DNA of 64,000 nt from Minisyncoccota bacterium (GTDB lineage: Bacteria > Patescibacteriota > Minisyncoccia > Phycocordibacterales > UBA1006). Below, in pieces: positions 1-10,988 of this stretch. The translations under genes and the position numbers were made by a program. The notes under the pieces were generated by a model that saw nothing but the letters and a program-made list of their open reading frames with translations, was not told the DNA's origin and ran no database searches. Where the stretch lies: assembly GCA_036405175.1 (NCBI GenBank), contig DASWYC010000002.1, positions 403,714-467,713 on the forward strand, in the 5' to 3' direction. Positions within the stretch are counted from its first letter, which is position 1; the number at the start of each line of letters is the position of its first letter.

Positions 1-2633
1 ATGTGTCCGCCACCAACTCCTCCTTCTGGTCCAAAATCAATCAGGTAGTCTGAACACTTAACCATATCCAAGTTGTGCTCAATTAAAATCACTGAGTTTC
101 CTCGGTCCACTAATCGATTCAAAATACCAATAAGTGTCTTAACGTCATCAAAGTGAAGCCCAACGGTTGGTTCATCCAAAAGATAAATTGATTTTTGCGT
201 CATCGGTAAATAGAGCTCTGAGGCGATCTTTACACGCTGAGATTCTCCTCCGGAAAGCGTATTAGCGGTTTGTCCAAGCTTAATATATGACAATCCAACA
301 TCAACAAGCGTTCGCATACGATCTGCAATTGCAGGAATATCTTTAAAGAATTCATACGCCTCCTCAATAGTCATTTCCAAAATATCGTGAACATTCTTTC
401 CTTTGTATTTAACTTTCAATGTTTCTTTATCAAAACGCTTTCCACCACAAATATCACACTGAACATACACGGTTGGTAAAAAGTGCATTTCAACGGCAAT
501 CTCCCCACGTCCTTCACAGGTCTCACAGCGTCCTCCTTTCACATTGAATGAGAATCGATTTGGCTTCCATCCGCGAATCTTTGCTTCTTCAGTATTTGAA
601 TACAGATCGCGCACAAACGTCCATGCTCCTGTATAGGTTGCCGGATTACTACGTGGTGTTCGTCCAATCTGAGATTGATCAACCATCACCACACGTGAAA
701 TTCCGTTGTCACCAACAAACTGCTCACAATGAACAGGTTTAATTGAACGATACTTGCGATCATAGCGATTCAACAAATTGCGGTGCAAAATTTCATATAG
801 GAACGTAGATTTTCCAGATCCAGAAACTCCAGTAATGGTCACCAAGCGCCCCAACGGAATATCAACGGAAAGACCTTTAATGTTGTGGAGCCGTGCACCT
901 TTTATAGAAATCACTCCCTTGTCCGTAGTACGGCGCTTATCAGGAACATCAATAGTTTCTTCGCCACGCAAATAAGCAAGCGTGAGTGACTTGGTATGAT
1001 TTGTTTTTGCTTCAAGAAGCGGCTGCAAATCTCCCATTGCAATTACGTTTCCTCCATGTACTCCTGCGCCTGGTCCAATGTCGATAATATAGTCAGAAGC
1101 AAAGACAGTGTCTTCATCATGCTCAACCACAATAATAGTGTTTCCAAGATCTCTCAGATCGGTGAGCGTCTTAATGAGTTTTGCATTGTCGCGTTGGTGA
1201 AGTCCAATGGTTGGCTCATCCAAAACATAGAGTGCTCCCACCAATTTAGAACCAAGCTGACTCGCTAAACGAATACGCTGTGCTTCTCCTCCAGACAAGG
1301 TATTCGCGCGACGATTCAAGGTAAGATACTCAAGTCCAACATCAAGTAAGAATTGAAGGCGTGACTCAATCTCATTCAAAAGCGGATCTGCAATTTCTCT
1401 ATCCTTAGGTGAGAGCTCAAGATTTAATACAAAGTCGTGAGCATCTTCAACAGAAAGATTGGTAAAATCAAAAATATTAATTCCTGGTTTTTTCCAATTG
1501 GTTGCATCTTCTGGTGGAAACTGTTCAAATTCTGAAAGTGATTTTTGAAGCTTGATATATTGTGCGTGATCACCCATCATCACAAAGAGAGCTTCTTGGC
1601 GTAAACGTGCACCTTTACATACTTTACAATCCTCATCATGTTCATTACCAAAAAGCGCCTTCTTTCCAAGACCATGACATTCTGGACATGCTCCGTACGG
1701 ACTATTAAACGAGAAGAGGCGAGGCTCAATTTCTGGGAATGAAAATCCGTCCTCTGGACACACCAACTTTGCAGAAAAGGTAGTCTCACGTTTTTGATCA
1801 TCAGTTCCATCAAGTTTTCCAATGATAACCTTCACGAGTCCTTCAGTTTCTTGAATGGCACGTTCGAGCGCTTCACGGGTACGCATTAAAAACTCTTTTT
1901 CATTTCCCTGCAAATCGTTCACATCGATAATGTCACTCACAATATCAATATCGTGTGGCTTGGTTTTAGTGAGTTCAACGCGTTCACGCAAACTTTTCAT
2001 CTCACCATCAATATATGCAAAAGAATATCCACGATTCAAATAGTCATAGAGAAGTTGATAGTATTCCCCTTTGCGCCCACGAACCACCGGTGCCAAAATT
2101 GCAACTTGCGCATCTGAAAGTGAAATCCCAAGAATCTCTTTTCCTTTTTTGGTGCCGAGTTCTTTTTTAATCGTTTCGATGATTGAATTAACAATCTCAT
2201 CGTTCGACATTCGTCTGATTTCATTTCCAGAGATTGGTGAATACGGTTTTCCAACACGTGCATAGAGGACACGAAGGTAATCATAAATTTCCGTAATCGT
2301 TGCAACGGTTGAACGTGGATTGTTTGAACGAGACTTTTGATCAATAGAAATTGCAGGAGAAAGTCCGCTGATTTCATCAACATCAGGACGCTGCATCTGC
2401 TCCAAGAATTGGCGAGCATACGCAGAAAGAGACTCAACGTAGCGACGTTGACCTTCGGCAAAAATGGTATCAAATGCAAGTGATGACTTCCCTGATCCTG
2501 AACGACCGGTAATAGCAATCATCTTTCCGCGCGGCATTTCTACGCTAATATTTTTAAGATTGTGGGTGCGAGCACCCTTGACCACAATCTTATTTACGGG
2601 CTGTTTTTCAATTTTCACAACTTTCTTTGACAT
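1..2633 (-). CDS. uvrA: Excinuclease ABC subunit A, 3' end outside window
   Basis: Manual minus-strand translation: MSKKVVK...GARTHNLKN...[53 protein letters not shown], second Walker A GVSGSGKS. Missing from the ORF track because the frame runs off the window. Confidence 0.97.
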   Translation of the reverse strand, partial: MSKKVVKIEKQPVNKIVVKGARTHNLKNISVEMPRGKMIAITGRSGSGKSSLAFDTIFAEGQRRYVESLSAYARQFLEQMQRPDVDEISGLSPAISIDQKSRSNNPRSTVATITEIYDYLRVLYARVGKPYSPISGNEIRRMSNDEIVNSIIETIKKELGTKKGKEILGISLSDAQVAILAPVVRGRKGEYYQLLYDYLNRGYSFAYIDGEMKSLRERVELTKTKPHDIDIVSDIIDVNDLQGNEKEFLMRTREALERAIQETEGLVKVIIGKLDGTDDQKRETTFSAKLVCPEDGFSFPEIEPRLFSFNSPYGACPECHGLGKKALFGNEHDEDCKVCKGARLRQEALFVMMGDHAQYIKLQKSLSEFEQFPPEDATNWKKPGINIFDFTNLSVEDAHDFVLNLELSPKDREIADPLLNEIESRLQFLLDVGLEYLTLNRRANTLSGGEAQRIRLASQLGSKLVGALYVLDEPTIGLHQRDNAKLIKTLTDLRDLGNTIIVVEHDEDTVFASDYIIDIGPGAGVHGGNVIAMGDLQPLLEAKTNHTKSLTLAYLRGEETIDVPDKRRTTDKGVISIKGARLHNIKGLSVDIPLGRLVTITGVSGSGKSTFLYEILHRNLLNRYDRKYRSIKPVHCEQFVGDNGISRVVMVDQSQIGRTPRSNPATYTGAWTFVRDLYSNTEEAKIRGWKPNRFSFNVKGGRCETCEGRGEIAVEMHFLPTVYVQCDICGGKRFDKETLKVKYKGKNVHDILEMTIEEAYEFFKDIPAIADRMRTLVDVGLSYIKLGQTANTLSGGESQRVKIASELYLPMTQKSIYLLDEPTVGLHFDDVKTLIGILNRLVDRGNSVILIEHNLDMVKCSDYLIDFGPEGGVGGGH

Positions 2634-2727
2634 CACCTTAGTGTACCGTAGATTAGTTTTTTGGCAAAGTAAAAAGCCCAACCCATATTCGTGATTTGGA
2701 TTGGACTCTTGGACTTTTTCAGTAATT

Positions 2728-3465
2728 CTATACTTCGTAAAAAACGCTAACTAATCTTAATGGTCTGACTACGCTATTACTTTTACGCTTCGTCAGAACT
2801 TTAGAAATGTTACCTTCTGGAGTAACTCCTATCTCACACAAATTAGGTAAAAGTGAAAATGTACCGTAATTGAAGCAAGTATTATCAAAAGCTAACATAG
2901 CTCTAATCTCGAAACCCCCTCCTTTTTTAAAAGATTGAACAAGCCTCAAGTTATCAAAGGAGCTATATCCGACAACTTCATATCCCTTCAATAAAATATT
3001 GCCGGCATCACCACTAGCAATAAGAAGGTTAAATAATAAACTTTGTAGCCCTGGGCCCACAATGCCATTTTGCTTTTGAATAATTTTTTCATGCAACGCA
3101 TTTAAATTATTACATCCTCCTTGTAATCCAGTAGGTAAAAGCTTAATTATAAATGAACGTCCTTGCAATTCTGATATAACAGGTATTTCACGCCTTTCAT
3201 AGAATTCTACGGTCTTCTTATAATCAGAGTTACCCTTAAGATCATACAGGGGAGTATCAACTGAACATGCAGATTTAAATAATCTTGTTGGATTATTCTT
3301 AAACATTCGATCTACAATCCTCTCTTTTCCATACCATTCTGGAATTTTAAAAATACGATTAAAAATTTCATAATCAGGAAATAAATCTTTGTTTATTTCC
3401 TCTTTTTTGCCTGATAAATTTAACCCCCTATCGGCTAACTTCGTTGATTTCAGTGCTGTTCTCAT
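2728..3465 (-). CDS. Hypothetical protein (AT-rich orphan, 245 aa)
   Basis: Long ORF with its own TTGACA-N17-TAATAA promoter upstream; no recognisable motif. Confidence 0.7.
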   Translation of the reverse strand: MRTALKSTKLADRGLNLSGKKEEINKDLFPDYEIFNRIFKIPEWYGKERIVDRMFKNNPTRLFKSACSVDTPLYDLKGNSDYKKTVEFYERREIPVISELQGRSFIIKLLPTGLQGGCNNLNALHEKIIQKQNGIVGPGLQSLLFNLLIASGDAGNILLKGYEVVGYSSFDNLRLVQSFKKGGGFEIRAMLAFDNTCFNYGTFSLLPNLCEIGVTPEGNISKVLTKRKSNSVVRPLRLVSVFYEV

Positions 3466-3537
3466 CTCTTTTTAATTAAAAGTGGAAGAAAAAATATCTT
3501 TAGGTAAGTTATCTAGTTTTAAAGGTTGGTTTCTTTA

Positions 3538-3623
3538 TTATTACCCTTCTTCATACAGCCTGTCAACGTGTTAATATCCATATCCTCATAAAACATTGAC
3601 AAAACAACGATTTTATATAGAAT
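3538..3623. promoter_or_regulatory. Back-to-back divergent sigma70-type promoters
   Basis: Minus strand TTGACA (3561-3566) N17 TAATAA; plus strand TTGACA (3596-3601) N16 TAGAAT. Confidence 0.6.
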
Positions 3624-3650
3624 TGGGTCAAACCTTAAACAAAGTTTGCG

Positions 3651-4283
3651 ATGAAAAATATCATATTCTTATTAATTACTTTCTTACCCTTTTTAAGTAA
3701 CGGGCAGTATTCTTTTATTGAAATTCAGGGTGGATACCCAAAACTCCCACTTTCAATACTTGGAGCATACACGACACCGCCGTCAAAAGATAACATTATT
3801 CTCTCGACTCTCGGTTTGGTGAATGAGAAAAGTATCTGGCTAACAGCCTCCCCAAGCTGGTACATATTAAATTCAAGAAACAGCTTGGTTATGACCATAG
3901 GGGCTGGTGCAGGTGTTCATTATAATCAAATCATTAGAGACGTTCATCCTCATGTTGAATTCTTGACCTCAGGGGTAAAGTCTCAGGGATGTCTTAGGCC
4001 TGAACATGAATTTACCTGGGACATAAGAATTGACTTAGGCTTGGATGGAGACTATTGGCACATGATCAACATAGGCATTCAAACAAAAAGGTGGTTTAGG
4101 CTTACCTTTTACAGCCAAACCAAACTGTTTACAGGCCCACGTATAGATTTGAATTACAAATTCATGTCTTTTTGGGCAGGAGCCGGTATTAGCAAAGATT
4201 TATTTAAAAACATCCCATTAGCCGCAGGATTCCGTCTGACTCCTGGGATATATAAGAATAATCAAAAAGTTTTACCATTTTAA
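3651..4283 (+). CDS. Secreted beta-strand-rich hypothetical protein (possible beta-barrel)
   Basis: Signal peptide MKNIIFLLITFLPFLSNG|Q, alternating hydrophobic/aromatic segments, C-terminal Phe. Confidence 0.7.
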   Translation: MKNIIFLLITFLPFLSNGQYSFIEIQGGYPKLPLSILGAYTTPPSKDNIILSTLGLVNEKSIWLTASPSWYILNSRNSLVMTIGAGAGVHYNQIIRDVHPHVEFLTSGVKSQGCLRPEHEFTWDIRIDLGLDGDYWHMINIGIQTKRWFRLTFYSQTKLFTGPRIDLNYKFMSFWAGAGISKDLFKNIPLAAGFRLTPGIYKNNQKVLPF

Positions 4284-4289
4284 GAAAAT

Positions 4290-4325
4290 AAAAATGCGGA
4301 CATCTTGAGATATCCGCATTTTTTT
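4290..4325. terminator. Bidirectional intrinsic terminator
   Basis: aaaaatgcgga...tccgcattttt hairpin between convergent genes. Confidence 0.75.
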
Positions 4326-6435
4326 ATCTCATCCCTTTTATCTTTTTTGGCTTCTTTTCACCTGTAATAGCATCAGCATTCTTTTTTGATCGTCCAAGTT
4401 TTTTAGTAAGCTGAGTAATATCAGCGCCCGCCATTTTTGCTCTGATTAAATTAATTTCATCTCTGATCATCGCAGCTGTTTCAAAATCCAACTGCTCAAC
4501 CGCTTCTTCCATTTGAGACGTTTTAAACGTCACCAATTCTTCCATATCACCTCCATATACTTTTACATCTTCTTCCAATTCACGTGCCAATGCTTTATCG
4601 CGCTCGCTCTTAAGCTTATCGGTAATATCTTTAATAGATTTTTTAATCGTGGTTGGCGTAATGCCATGTTCAGTATTATATGCCTCCTGCAAACCACGGC
4701 GACGGCGTGTTTCAAAAATTGCTCGTTCCATTGAACCTGTAATATGATTTGCATACAAGAGTACTCGTCCCTCACTGTTACGCGCAGCACGTCCGATCAC
4801 CTGAATGAGTGCCGTTTCTGATCGCAAAAATCCTTCCTTATCGGCATCAAGAATTCCAATCAAGGTTACCTCGGGAAGATCAAGTCCTTCACGCAAAAGG
4901 TTAACTCCTACCAAACAATCAAACTCTCCGCGACGAAGCCGTGACAAAATTTCAATACGCTCAATCGTTTCAATATCACTATGCAAGTACTCTGCCTTCA
5001 TGCCGCGATCTTTCAAATACAATGCCAAATCCTCTGCCATCTTTTTGGTGAGCGTTGTTGCAAGTACACGATTTCCTTTTTCAATTTCTCTAACAGCCTC
5101 ATCAATAAAGTCATGCACCTGACCTTTATAGGTTGCCGTTTCATCGATCGGACGAACTTCCAAAAGCGGATCAAGCAGACCGGTTGGACGAATCAACTGC
5201 TCAGCAATATATGATGAGTGTTCACGCTCAAACGGCCCCGGTGTTGCAGACACATAAATACGTTGACCGATAGTTTTTTCAAATTCTTCAAATCTAAGCG
5301 GACGATTATCAAGTGCAGACGGCAAACGGAAACCGTGCTCAACAAGAGACTCTTTACGAGAACGGTCACCTGCATACATACCACGTACTTGCGGAATGGT
5401 TACATGAGATTCATCAATTACCGTTAAGAACTTTGGCTTCCCATTTTTATCACGAGGAAAATATGAGATCAATGTTTCTGGCGCTTCTCCAGGAAGTTTT
5501 CCAGAAAGATGACGTGAATAGTTTTCAATACCTTGGCAAAATCCAAACTCGCGGATCATAGCCATGTCATATGTGGTGCGACGCTTCAAGCGTTCAGCCT
5601 CCAATAACTTTCCTTCATCTAAAAGCTCTTGCACGCGTAATGTCATCTCTTCTTCAATTGCTTTAAGTGCGCGATTGCGTTCATCTTCCGCAACCAAGTG
5701 GTGCTTTGCTGGGAAGATAACAATTTCATCAGGCACGCGCACGATTGATGATGATACTGGATCAATCACTAATACCTCTGCAATTTTTGAACCAATCCAC
5801 GTAATTGCGTAGATGATTTTTTCTGACATCGGCATAATTTCCAATTTTGCACCAATAGCCCGGAAGTGTCCTGGCTTCAAATCAACATTGGTACGTTCAT
5901 AATGAACACGAATCAGATAGGTTAACAGATCGGTACGAGAAACCGTATCGCCAACTTTAATGGTTCGATATTGTTCTTTATATTCCTCTGGCGATCCCAG
6001 TCCATAAATGCAAGAAACCGATGCAACAATAATCACATCATTTCTTGTGAGCAAAGATTGTGTTGAAGCATGACGAAGACGATCAATCTCCTCATTAATC
6101 TGTGCATCTTTTTCAATATACGTATCGGTTACAGAAATATATGCCTCTGGCTGATAGTAGTCGTAGTAACTTACAAAATAGTGAACCTCGTTTTCCGGGA
6201 AGAATTCTTTAAACTCCTGAGCAAGCTGAGCTGCCAATGTTTTATTATGGGCAATAACTAGCGTTGGCATTTGCAGTTCCTGAATCACATTAGCCACGGT
6301 AAATGTTTTACCTGAACCGGTAACCCCCAACAATGTCTGTTCTTTGGTGCCACTATTAATACCCTCAACCAATTTCCCAATTGCCTGCGGCTGATCTCCT
6401 GATGGTTTGTATTCGCTTGTGAGTTTGAACTTCAT
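4324..6435 (-). CDS. uvrB: Excinuclease ABC subunit B
   Basis: GVTGSGKT, HNKTLAAQL, YYDYYQPEAY beta-hairpin, DESH, GVNLLREGLDLPEV, C-terminal UVR-type motif. Confidence 0.98.
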   Translation of the reverse strand: MKFKLTSEYKPSGDQPQAIGKLVEGINSGTKEQTLLGVTGSGKTFTVANVIQELQMPTLVIAHNKTLAAQLAQEFKEFFPENEVHYFVSYYDYYQPEAYISVTDTYIEKDAQINEEIDRLRHASTQSLLTRNDVIIVASVSCIYGLGSPEEYKEQYRTIKVGDTVSRTDLLTYLIRVHYERTNVDLKPGHFRAIGAKLEIMPMSEKIIYAITWIGSKIAEVLVIDPVSSSIVRVPDEIVIFPAKHHLVAEDERNRALKAIEEEMTLRVQELLDEGKLLEAERLKRRTTYDMAMIREFGFCQGIENYSRHLSGKLPGEAPETLISYFPRDKNGKPKFLTVIDESHVTIPQVRGMYAGDRSRKESLVEHGFRLPSALDNRPLRFEEFEKTIGQRIYVSATPGPFEREHSSYIAEQLIRPTGLLDPLLEVRPIDETATYKGQVHDFIDEAVREIEKGNRVLATTLTKKMAEDLALYLKDRGMKAEYLHSDIETIERIEILSRLRRGEFDCLVGVNLLREGLDLPEVTLIGILDADKEGFLRSETALIQVIGRAARNSEGRVLLYANHITGSMERAIFETRRRRGLQEAYNTEHGITPTTIKKSIKDITDKLKSERDKALARELEEDVKVYGGDMEELVTFKTSQMEEAVEQLDFETAAMIRDEINLIRAKMAGADITQLTKKLGRSKKNADAITGEKKPKKIKGMR

Positions 6436-6476
6436 CTTTACAGGATAGCAAACTTATTTATTCTATTCAACAACAC

Positions 6477-6503
6477 AAAAACACACTGATTGCAGTGTGT
6501 TTT
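6477..6503 (-). terminator. Intrinsic terminator
   Basis: aaaacacactg-attg-cagtgtgtttt. Confidence 0.7.
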
Positions 6504-6509
6504 ATCCGA

Positions 6510-7727
6510 TTACGGAAGACAGTTTTGATAAATAGCACTTATGGCATGTCCAGTGATATCAAAATTATAGATAGCTCGATTATCATAGGTATTACTACTA
6601 TTCTTCTTTTCAGAAAGATTCTTTTTTACATGTTCCGAGAATAATCCTAGATTAGAAGCTATACTATTCAGATGTCCATCACTGCCATGAGTACAGACAT
6701 AGTACTGTGTTGCATAATTTGTTCTCACTGACCTCAGCTTGTTACTTACATTAAGATAGTGATCATTTACACCTGGTTTCCAATTTGGATTTTCCGTAAG
6801 AATGTCCACAGTAAGCCACAGCGTTAAATCATGGGTTTCTGCGCGATTATCAGCAAATTGCACGATTGACCCAGGAGTATTTTTGAAAGTTTCTACTTTG
6901 AGATTTTTAAAATACGTATCCACATCAATACCGTTTACCGTAATCTTCACATCTTCAATGGTTGGGAATTGCGTAAGAGTGAGTTTAACCTGCTGCTTGA
7001 GCATTTCCACCGAATCACAACCGATAATATTAAACCATGTTTCAACCGACAGTTGCTTAAAATCAATGTTTGCAACTTTGTTTTTAATAGTGATTGATTT
7101 GATTTTTGAGTCAATCCCCATAAAATTGTAACCATCTCGAAGATCGCTATCAGCATCGTTATTAATAAGTGTTTCAAGGGCTTGTCTGGCGATACCAGTT
7201 GTATATGGTCTTTCTGTTGCAGAGGCGGCCCAAAATTTTTCTGCACAAACAGGTGCTGGTTCAGCATCATCAAATAAATACACCTTAAACGAGTTTGTTT
7301 TTGCATTAATTACGAATGAACTCATCAGCTTGTTTGATACTCTAAATACCTTGTTATCTTTCTGAAATAAATAGACACGATCATTTTGCTGAGCATCTAG
7401 ACTCTTCTTACGATACTCTTTAATGATGGTTGCACCTTTTTTCTTTGCCCCAACATATTGCATATCGTCATCAATACCAAAATCTTGGTTATGATATGCC
7501 AAACTGGCATCATATGCTATTACTGATTCATTAATTGATGGGAATACATACTCTGCGGTATAACCACCTCCTTCGGGGATGATCTTGCGAACCTCTGCAC
7601 AAGCATCATATTTAACGGTGAATGGTCCGACATTACATGTTTTTGCATCAGCAAATATCAATTGGGAGCCAACGCCAAAAGAAGCAATTACTATTAAGGC
7701 TATTAAAAACTTTTGAGGTAATTTCAT
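6510..7727 (-). CDS. Secreted GerMN-domain protein
   Basis: N-terminal signal/TM segment; ARQALETLI...SITIKNKVANIDF...QVKLTLTQFPTIEDVKITVNG matches the GerMN pattern. Confidence 0.75.
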   Translation of the reverse strand: MKLPQKFLIALIVIASFGVGSQLIFADAKTCNVGPFTVKYDACAEVRKIIPEGGGYTAEYVFPSINESVIAYDASLAYHNQDFGIDDDMQYVGAKKKGATIIKEYRKKSLDAQQNDRVYLFQKDNKVFRVSNKLMSSFVINAKTNSFKVYLFDDAEPAPVCAEKFWAASATERPYTTGIARQALETLINNDADSDLRDGYNFMGIDSKIKSITIKNKVANIDFKQLSVETWFNIIGCDSVEMLKQQVKLTLTQFPTIEDVKITVNGIDVDTYFKNLKVETFKNTPGSIVQFADNRAETHDLTLWLTVDILTENPNWKPGVNDHYLNVSNKLRSVRTNYATQYYVCTHGSDGHLNSIASNLGLFSEHVKKNLSEKKNSSNTYDNRAIYNFDITGHAISAIYQNCLP

Positions 7728-7886
7728 ATCTTAATAATAGAGCGTGAATTGACAAGAGTCAATTTATAATTTCCACTATAGCTCTTTCTCCCCAACTATC
7801 TATTATTTATTTTTATTTCATGAAATTTATGATAGGCTGAAGGAAATTTGGTGTTATTTTTTTACAAACTAAATCAGTTAAAACTC

Positions 7887-8123
7887 ATGAAAAGACTCGT
7901 AATAAAAGTCTTACGCCTGGGAGCAGATGGTTCTCCTCCAGTGGCCGTCACCATTACATCTCCACCTATCTGGAAACCAGAACAAGGTGAGATGGTTTGT
8001 TCGATTGAAGAACCGGACAAAAGTATTAAAGAGATTCCTATGAAGGATCTCATATTGGAGACACAATTTACAACAATCGGTACTGCGCAGAATGGAAACT
8101 TTTTTGAACATCCCTACTTTTAG
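7887..8123 (+). CDS. Small hypothetical protein
   Basis: ATG after A-rich leader aaactaaatcagttaaaactc; followed by a hairpin. Confidence 0.55.
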   Translation: MKRLVIKVLRLGADGSPPVAVTITSPPIWKPEQGEMVCSIEEPDKSIKEIPMKDLILETQFTTIGTAQNGNFFEHPYF

Positions 8124-8143
8124 TGGCATTCTTTATTGCCCCG

Positions 8144-8183
8144 AAAAACGATACAGCTTCACTGCCCTATGTATCGTTTTTTT
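8144..8183. terminator. Bidirectional terminator
   Basis: aaaaacgataca...tgtatcgttttt between convergent genes. Confidence 0.6.
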
Positions 8184-8200
8184 ATCTTTATATTTTAAGA

Positions 8201-8761
8201 TTATGAGTTATCAAGCACCGACAAGAATTCAATCAAATTTTGCACATGCTCTTCAAGCGTAACACCCAGCTTTTCACATCCGTATTCAACATCTTCTCGT
8301 TTAATATTTGGCGCAAAGCCTTTGTCTTTGAGCTTTTTTAGTATTGATGACGCTTTAATATCCTTAAACGGAATCGTATTCATTTTTCTATATGCATAAA
8401 AGATTCCACAGATTTCATCGCACGCAATGAGCGCTGCTGCGATTTTTGTTTGCGGTTCAGTTGGGTAACCATTATATCCATAAGCATGCGCTTCAACAGC
8501 ATGAATTAATTCTTCTGGATATCCCCATTCTTTAAACCACTTTAAGGACTCGCCTGGGTGTTCATGGGGATGATTATAAAAATCAAGATCGTGGAGATAC
8601 CCAGCCATAAACCAAAGATGTGAATCTTCTCCAAATTTTTCACCATATCCTTCCATTGCCGTAGCCACCATGAGTGCATGGAGTTTTTGATATTCATCCT
8701 GAACGTGTTCTTGTAAAAGTTTTTGAGCTGCCTCTTTGGTCGGAAGGTTATAATTGGTCAT
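8201..8761 (-). CDS. HD-domain (HDIG-type) metal-dependent phosphohydrolase
   Basis: H...YLHDLD...H...H...D motif spacing; ATG preceded by a TACAGT box. Confidence 0.85.
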   Translation of the reverse strand: MTNYNLPTKEAAQKLLQEHVQDEYQKLHALMVATAMEGYGEKFGEDSHLWFMAGYLHDLDFYNHPHEHPGESLKWFKEWGYPEELIHAVEAHAYGYNGYPTEPQTKIAAALIACDEICGIFYAYRKMNTIPFKDIKASSILKKLKDKGFAPNIKREDVEYGCEKLGVTLEEHVQNLIEFLSVLDNS

Positions 8762-8817
8762 ATAGTTAACTGTACTCAAAATCCTTCAAAAAGAAAAGTT
8801 CGTGTAGTCCAGAACTT

Positions 8818-9867
8818 TTATAAACACATATTAGCCCACTGTGTATGAATAGCTGCACGAGTTTTGGTTCCAACAACACCATCAGCAGCCAAACCTAACT
8901 TGCGTTGGAGTTTCATCACGGCTAGATGTGTACGGGCACCAAATGATCCGTCAATCTTATCTCCTGCAAGCAGACCCTCATGTGCGAGAATTTTCTGCAA
9001 AACAGTTACCTCTGCACCTCTAAACGACATGCGAAGACGTTGTGTTATATTTGGTTTTTCACATATCTTATTTTTTTCTGCACCAACTTCCTTTTGTATC
9101 TCTTCACCATCTTGAATAATAGTTCTTATAACACCTTCTCTATCATGGATTATATAGATTGGCACACGATTACTCTCACCTTGTGCGTTTATCACTGAAA
9201 CAAGATGAGAACCTTCAGGGATTATAGTAGCAGACGGTGGGCATATTTTTAGTGCACACGGTGCGTATGGACCCATAGGAACAGTAAATGTAATTGTCTT
9301 ACCGTCTGAGCTTAGATTATATTCAGGATTATTTTCAATATTAAAATTTCCAATTTTAATTCTATTTCCTTTTGGAGAAAATCCGCTTCCTGTAATCGTT
9401 GCAATCTCGCCTGGTTTAGCACTACCCGGAGTTACCGACGTGATCACAAGCGGAGTCACTTGCTCATAATTATTGGTAACCGTATACATTATTGAATTGC
9501 TTGTTCCATTTGCATTGGTGATTGCAATATTATATTGACCAGCACTCGTTAGATGAGTCCCAGATTCCACACAGCCAATATTTCCAGCTGCACATTTCAC
9601 ATGAAGAGGAATATTAAAAACGAGTGTCTTTTCGTCCGCTGAACTTGCGGTAATAGTATTAGCTCTTCCGTTTACATTACCAAATGTAATTTTATTATTA
9701 CGCGAAGTGAAACCTGATCCAGTTAATGTAACCATGGCACCTGGCATTCCAGAAGCCGGCTGTATAGAGTTGATCGCCGGAATACTTGATAGATCTCCCG
9801 CATAAACATGTGACGTAACGATTAACCCTCCAAGCACAATAGCTACTATACCAAGAAATCTCTTCAT
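8818..9867 (-). CDS. Secreted protein with two IPT/TIG-like domains and a C-terminal peptidoglycan-binding domain
   Basis: Signal peptide; two repeats (INSIQPASGMPGAMVTLTGSGF / ITSVTPGSAKPGEIATITGSGF); DGSFGART...LQRKLGLAADGVVGTKT (PG_binding_1-like). Confidence 0.85.
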   Translation of the reverse strand: MKRFLGIVAIVLGGLIVTSHVYAGDLSSIPAINSIQPASGMPGAMVTLTGSGFTSRNNKITFGNVNGRANTITASSADEKTLVFNIPLHVKCAAGNIGCVESGTHLTSAGQYNIAITNANGTSNSIMYTVTNNYEQVTPLVITSVTPGSAKPGEIATITGSGFSPKGNRIKIGNFNIENNPEYNLSSDGKTITFTVPMGPYAPCALKICPPSATIIPEGSHLVSVINAQGESNRVPIYIIHDREGVIRTIIQDGEEIQKEVGAEKNKICEKPNITQRLRMSFRGAEVTVLQKILAHEGLLAGDKIDGSFGARTHLAVMKLQRKLGLAADGVVGTKTRAAIHTQWANMCL

Positions 9868-9881
9868 ATATCCTAAGTATA

Positions 9882-10985
9882 CTATCTTATTAGCTCTAAA
9901 TTTGTTGTTGCCATCTTATGCTTTATTATCGAAAAATTTGCAGTTGCTGGCGCCTGATTAGTATCGAGCGTATGCATAAATCTCTTGGCAAGAACTTTTC
10001 TTTGACTATCATACAGGGTGAGACTAAATATACAGACATATGTTTGATATTTACGAATTCCTTTAAAGAAAAACCCACTGTATACTTCTTTGATTGAGTA
10101 ATATTGACATCTGTTGAGTGGAACACTTTTAGAAAATGGAAAGTGATAAAAGATTATTGACTCTGGAGTTATTCCAATTCCATAAGGAGTAATAATGTAG
10201 TCCATAACAAGCCAAATTAAGGATAAACCTCCGCACAGACGCCCGAACACATCTACTATCGGTTCAGTATTATGTACATAATATTTCATAAAAACATAGA
10301 ATCCCAGGACTATCAAAAGGGCAAAATTTGGAACAAAAAGACCTATTCCTCTTTGCACATATACTTCTCCTTGTTTTTGCTCAGTCGTCTGAATAAGTGC
10401 ATTTTTCATTCCGTTACTAAAATAGTAACGAGCAACTGCCTCTTCCCATATTTCCTTGTCAACGTACTTTCTTATACAATCAATAATCTTTTTTGCATTA
10501 TCTGAAACAAGATTGATTTGTAGAACTTTCTTGTGCGCATTAATCGTGAGTAGGCTAGAATGAGTATTAAAATTCATTTGCTGGATATCTTGCCAGAGTA
10601 CTTCTTTCTTATTCCCAAAAACTCCTGTTTTTATGATTTTTTGATCTGTACATAGAATTTTGTAGTTCAGAAGATACAATATGAGTAGAATCGCAAAAAC
10701 AGTGTAAAGAGCTCCAAAACCTAATATGATTATCGAATCACCCTCCATTATAGGATTTACTACGAATTTAAAACTAAAAATACAATAAGCCCCAGCCACA
10801 ACGAGTCCCGCAATAAACAACGCACCGCTCGCCTTAACTGCCACCCAATGCTTGGGCTTCTGAGGATGTTCTTGTTGTGGAGATTTAGATGTTCTAAGAA
10901 GTGCAGCCCCAAAACCCCAAACAACGCCAATAGATACAACAACACTTATTACTCGTGCTAGAGTTATTAAAGCTTGGATTTCCAT
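9882..10985 (-). CDS. Multi-pass membrane hypothetical protein
   Basis: About 5 hydrophobic segments, with beta-rich soluble regions after the third and fifth. Confidence 0.75.
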   Translation of the reverse strand: MEIQALITLARVISVVVSIGVVWGFGAALLRTSKSPQQEHPQKPKHWVAVKASGALFIAGLVVAGAYCIFSFKFVVNPIMEGDSIIILGFGALYTVFAILLILYLLNYKILCTDQKIIKTGVFGNKKEVLWQDIQQMNFNTHSSLLTINAHKKVLQINLVSDNAKKIIDCIRKYVDKEIWEEAVARYYFSNGMKNALIQTTEQKQGEVYVQRGIGLFVPNFALLIVLGFYVFMKYYVHNTEPIVDVFGRLCGGLSLIWLVMDYIITPYGIGITPESIIFYHFPFSKSVPLNRCQYYSIKEVYSGFFFKGIRKYQTYVCIFSLTLYDSQRKVLAKRFMHTLDTNQAPATANFSIIKHKMATTNLELIR

Positions 10986-10988
10986 ATC

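Noticed and set aside
548-2694. Short ORFs listed in the track
   Set aside because: Shadows of the minus-strand uvrA frame
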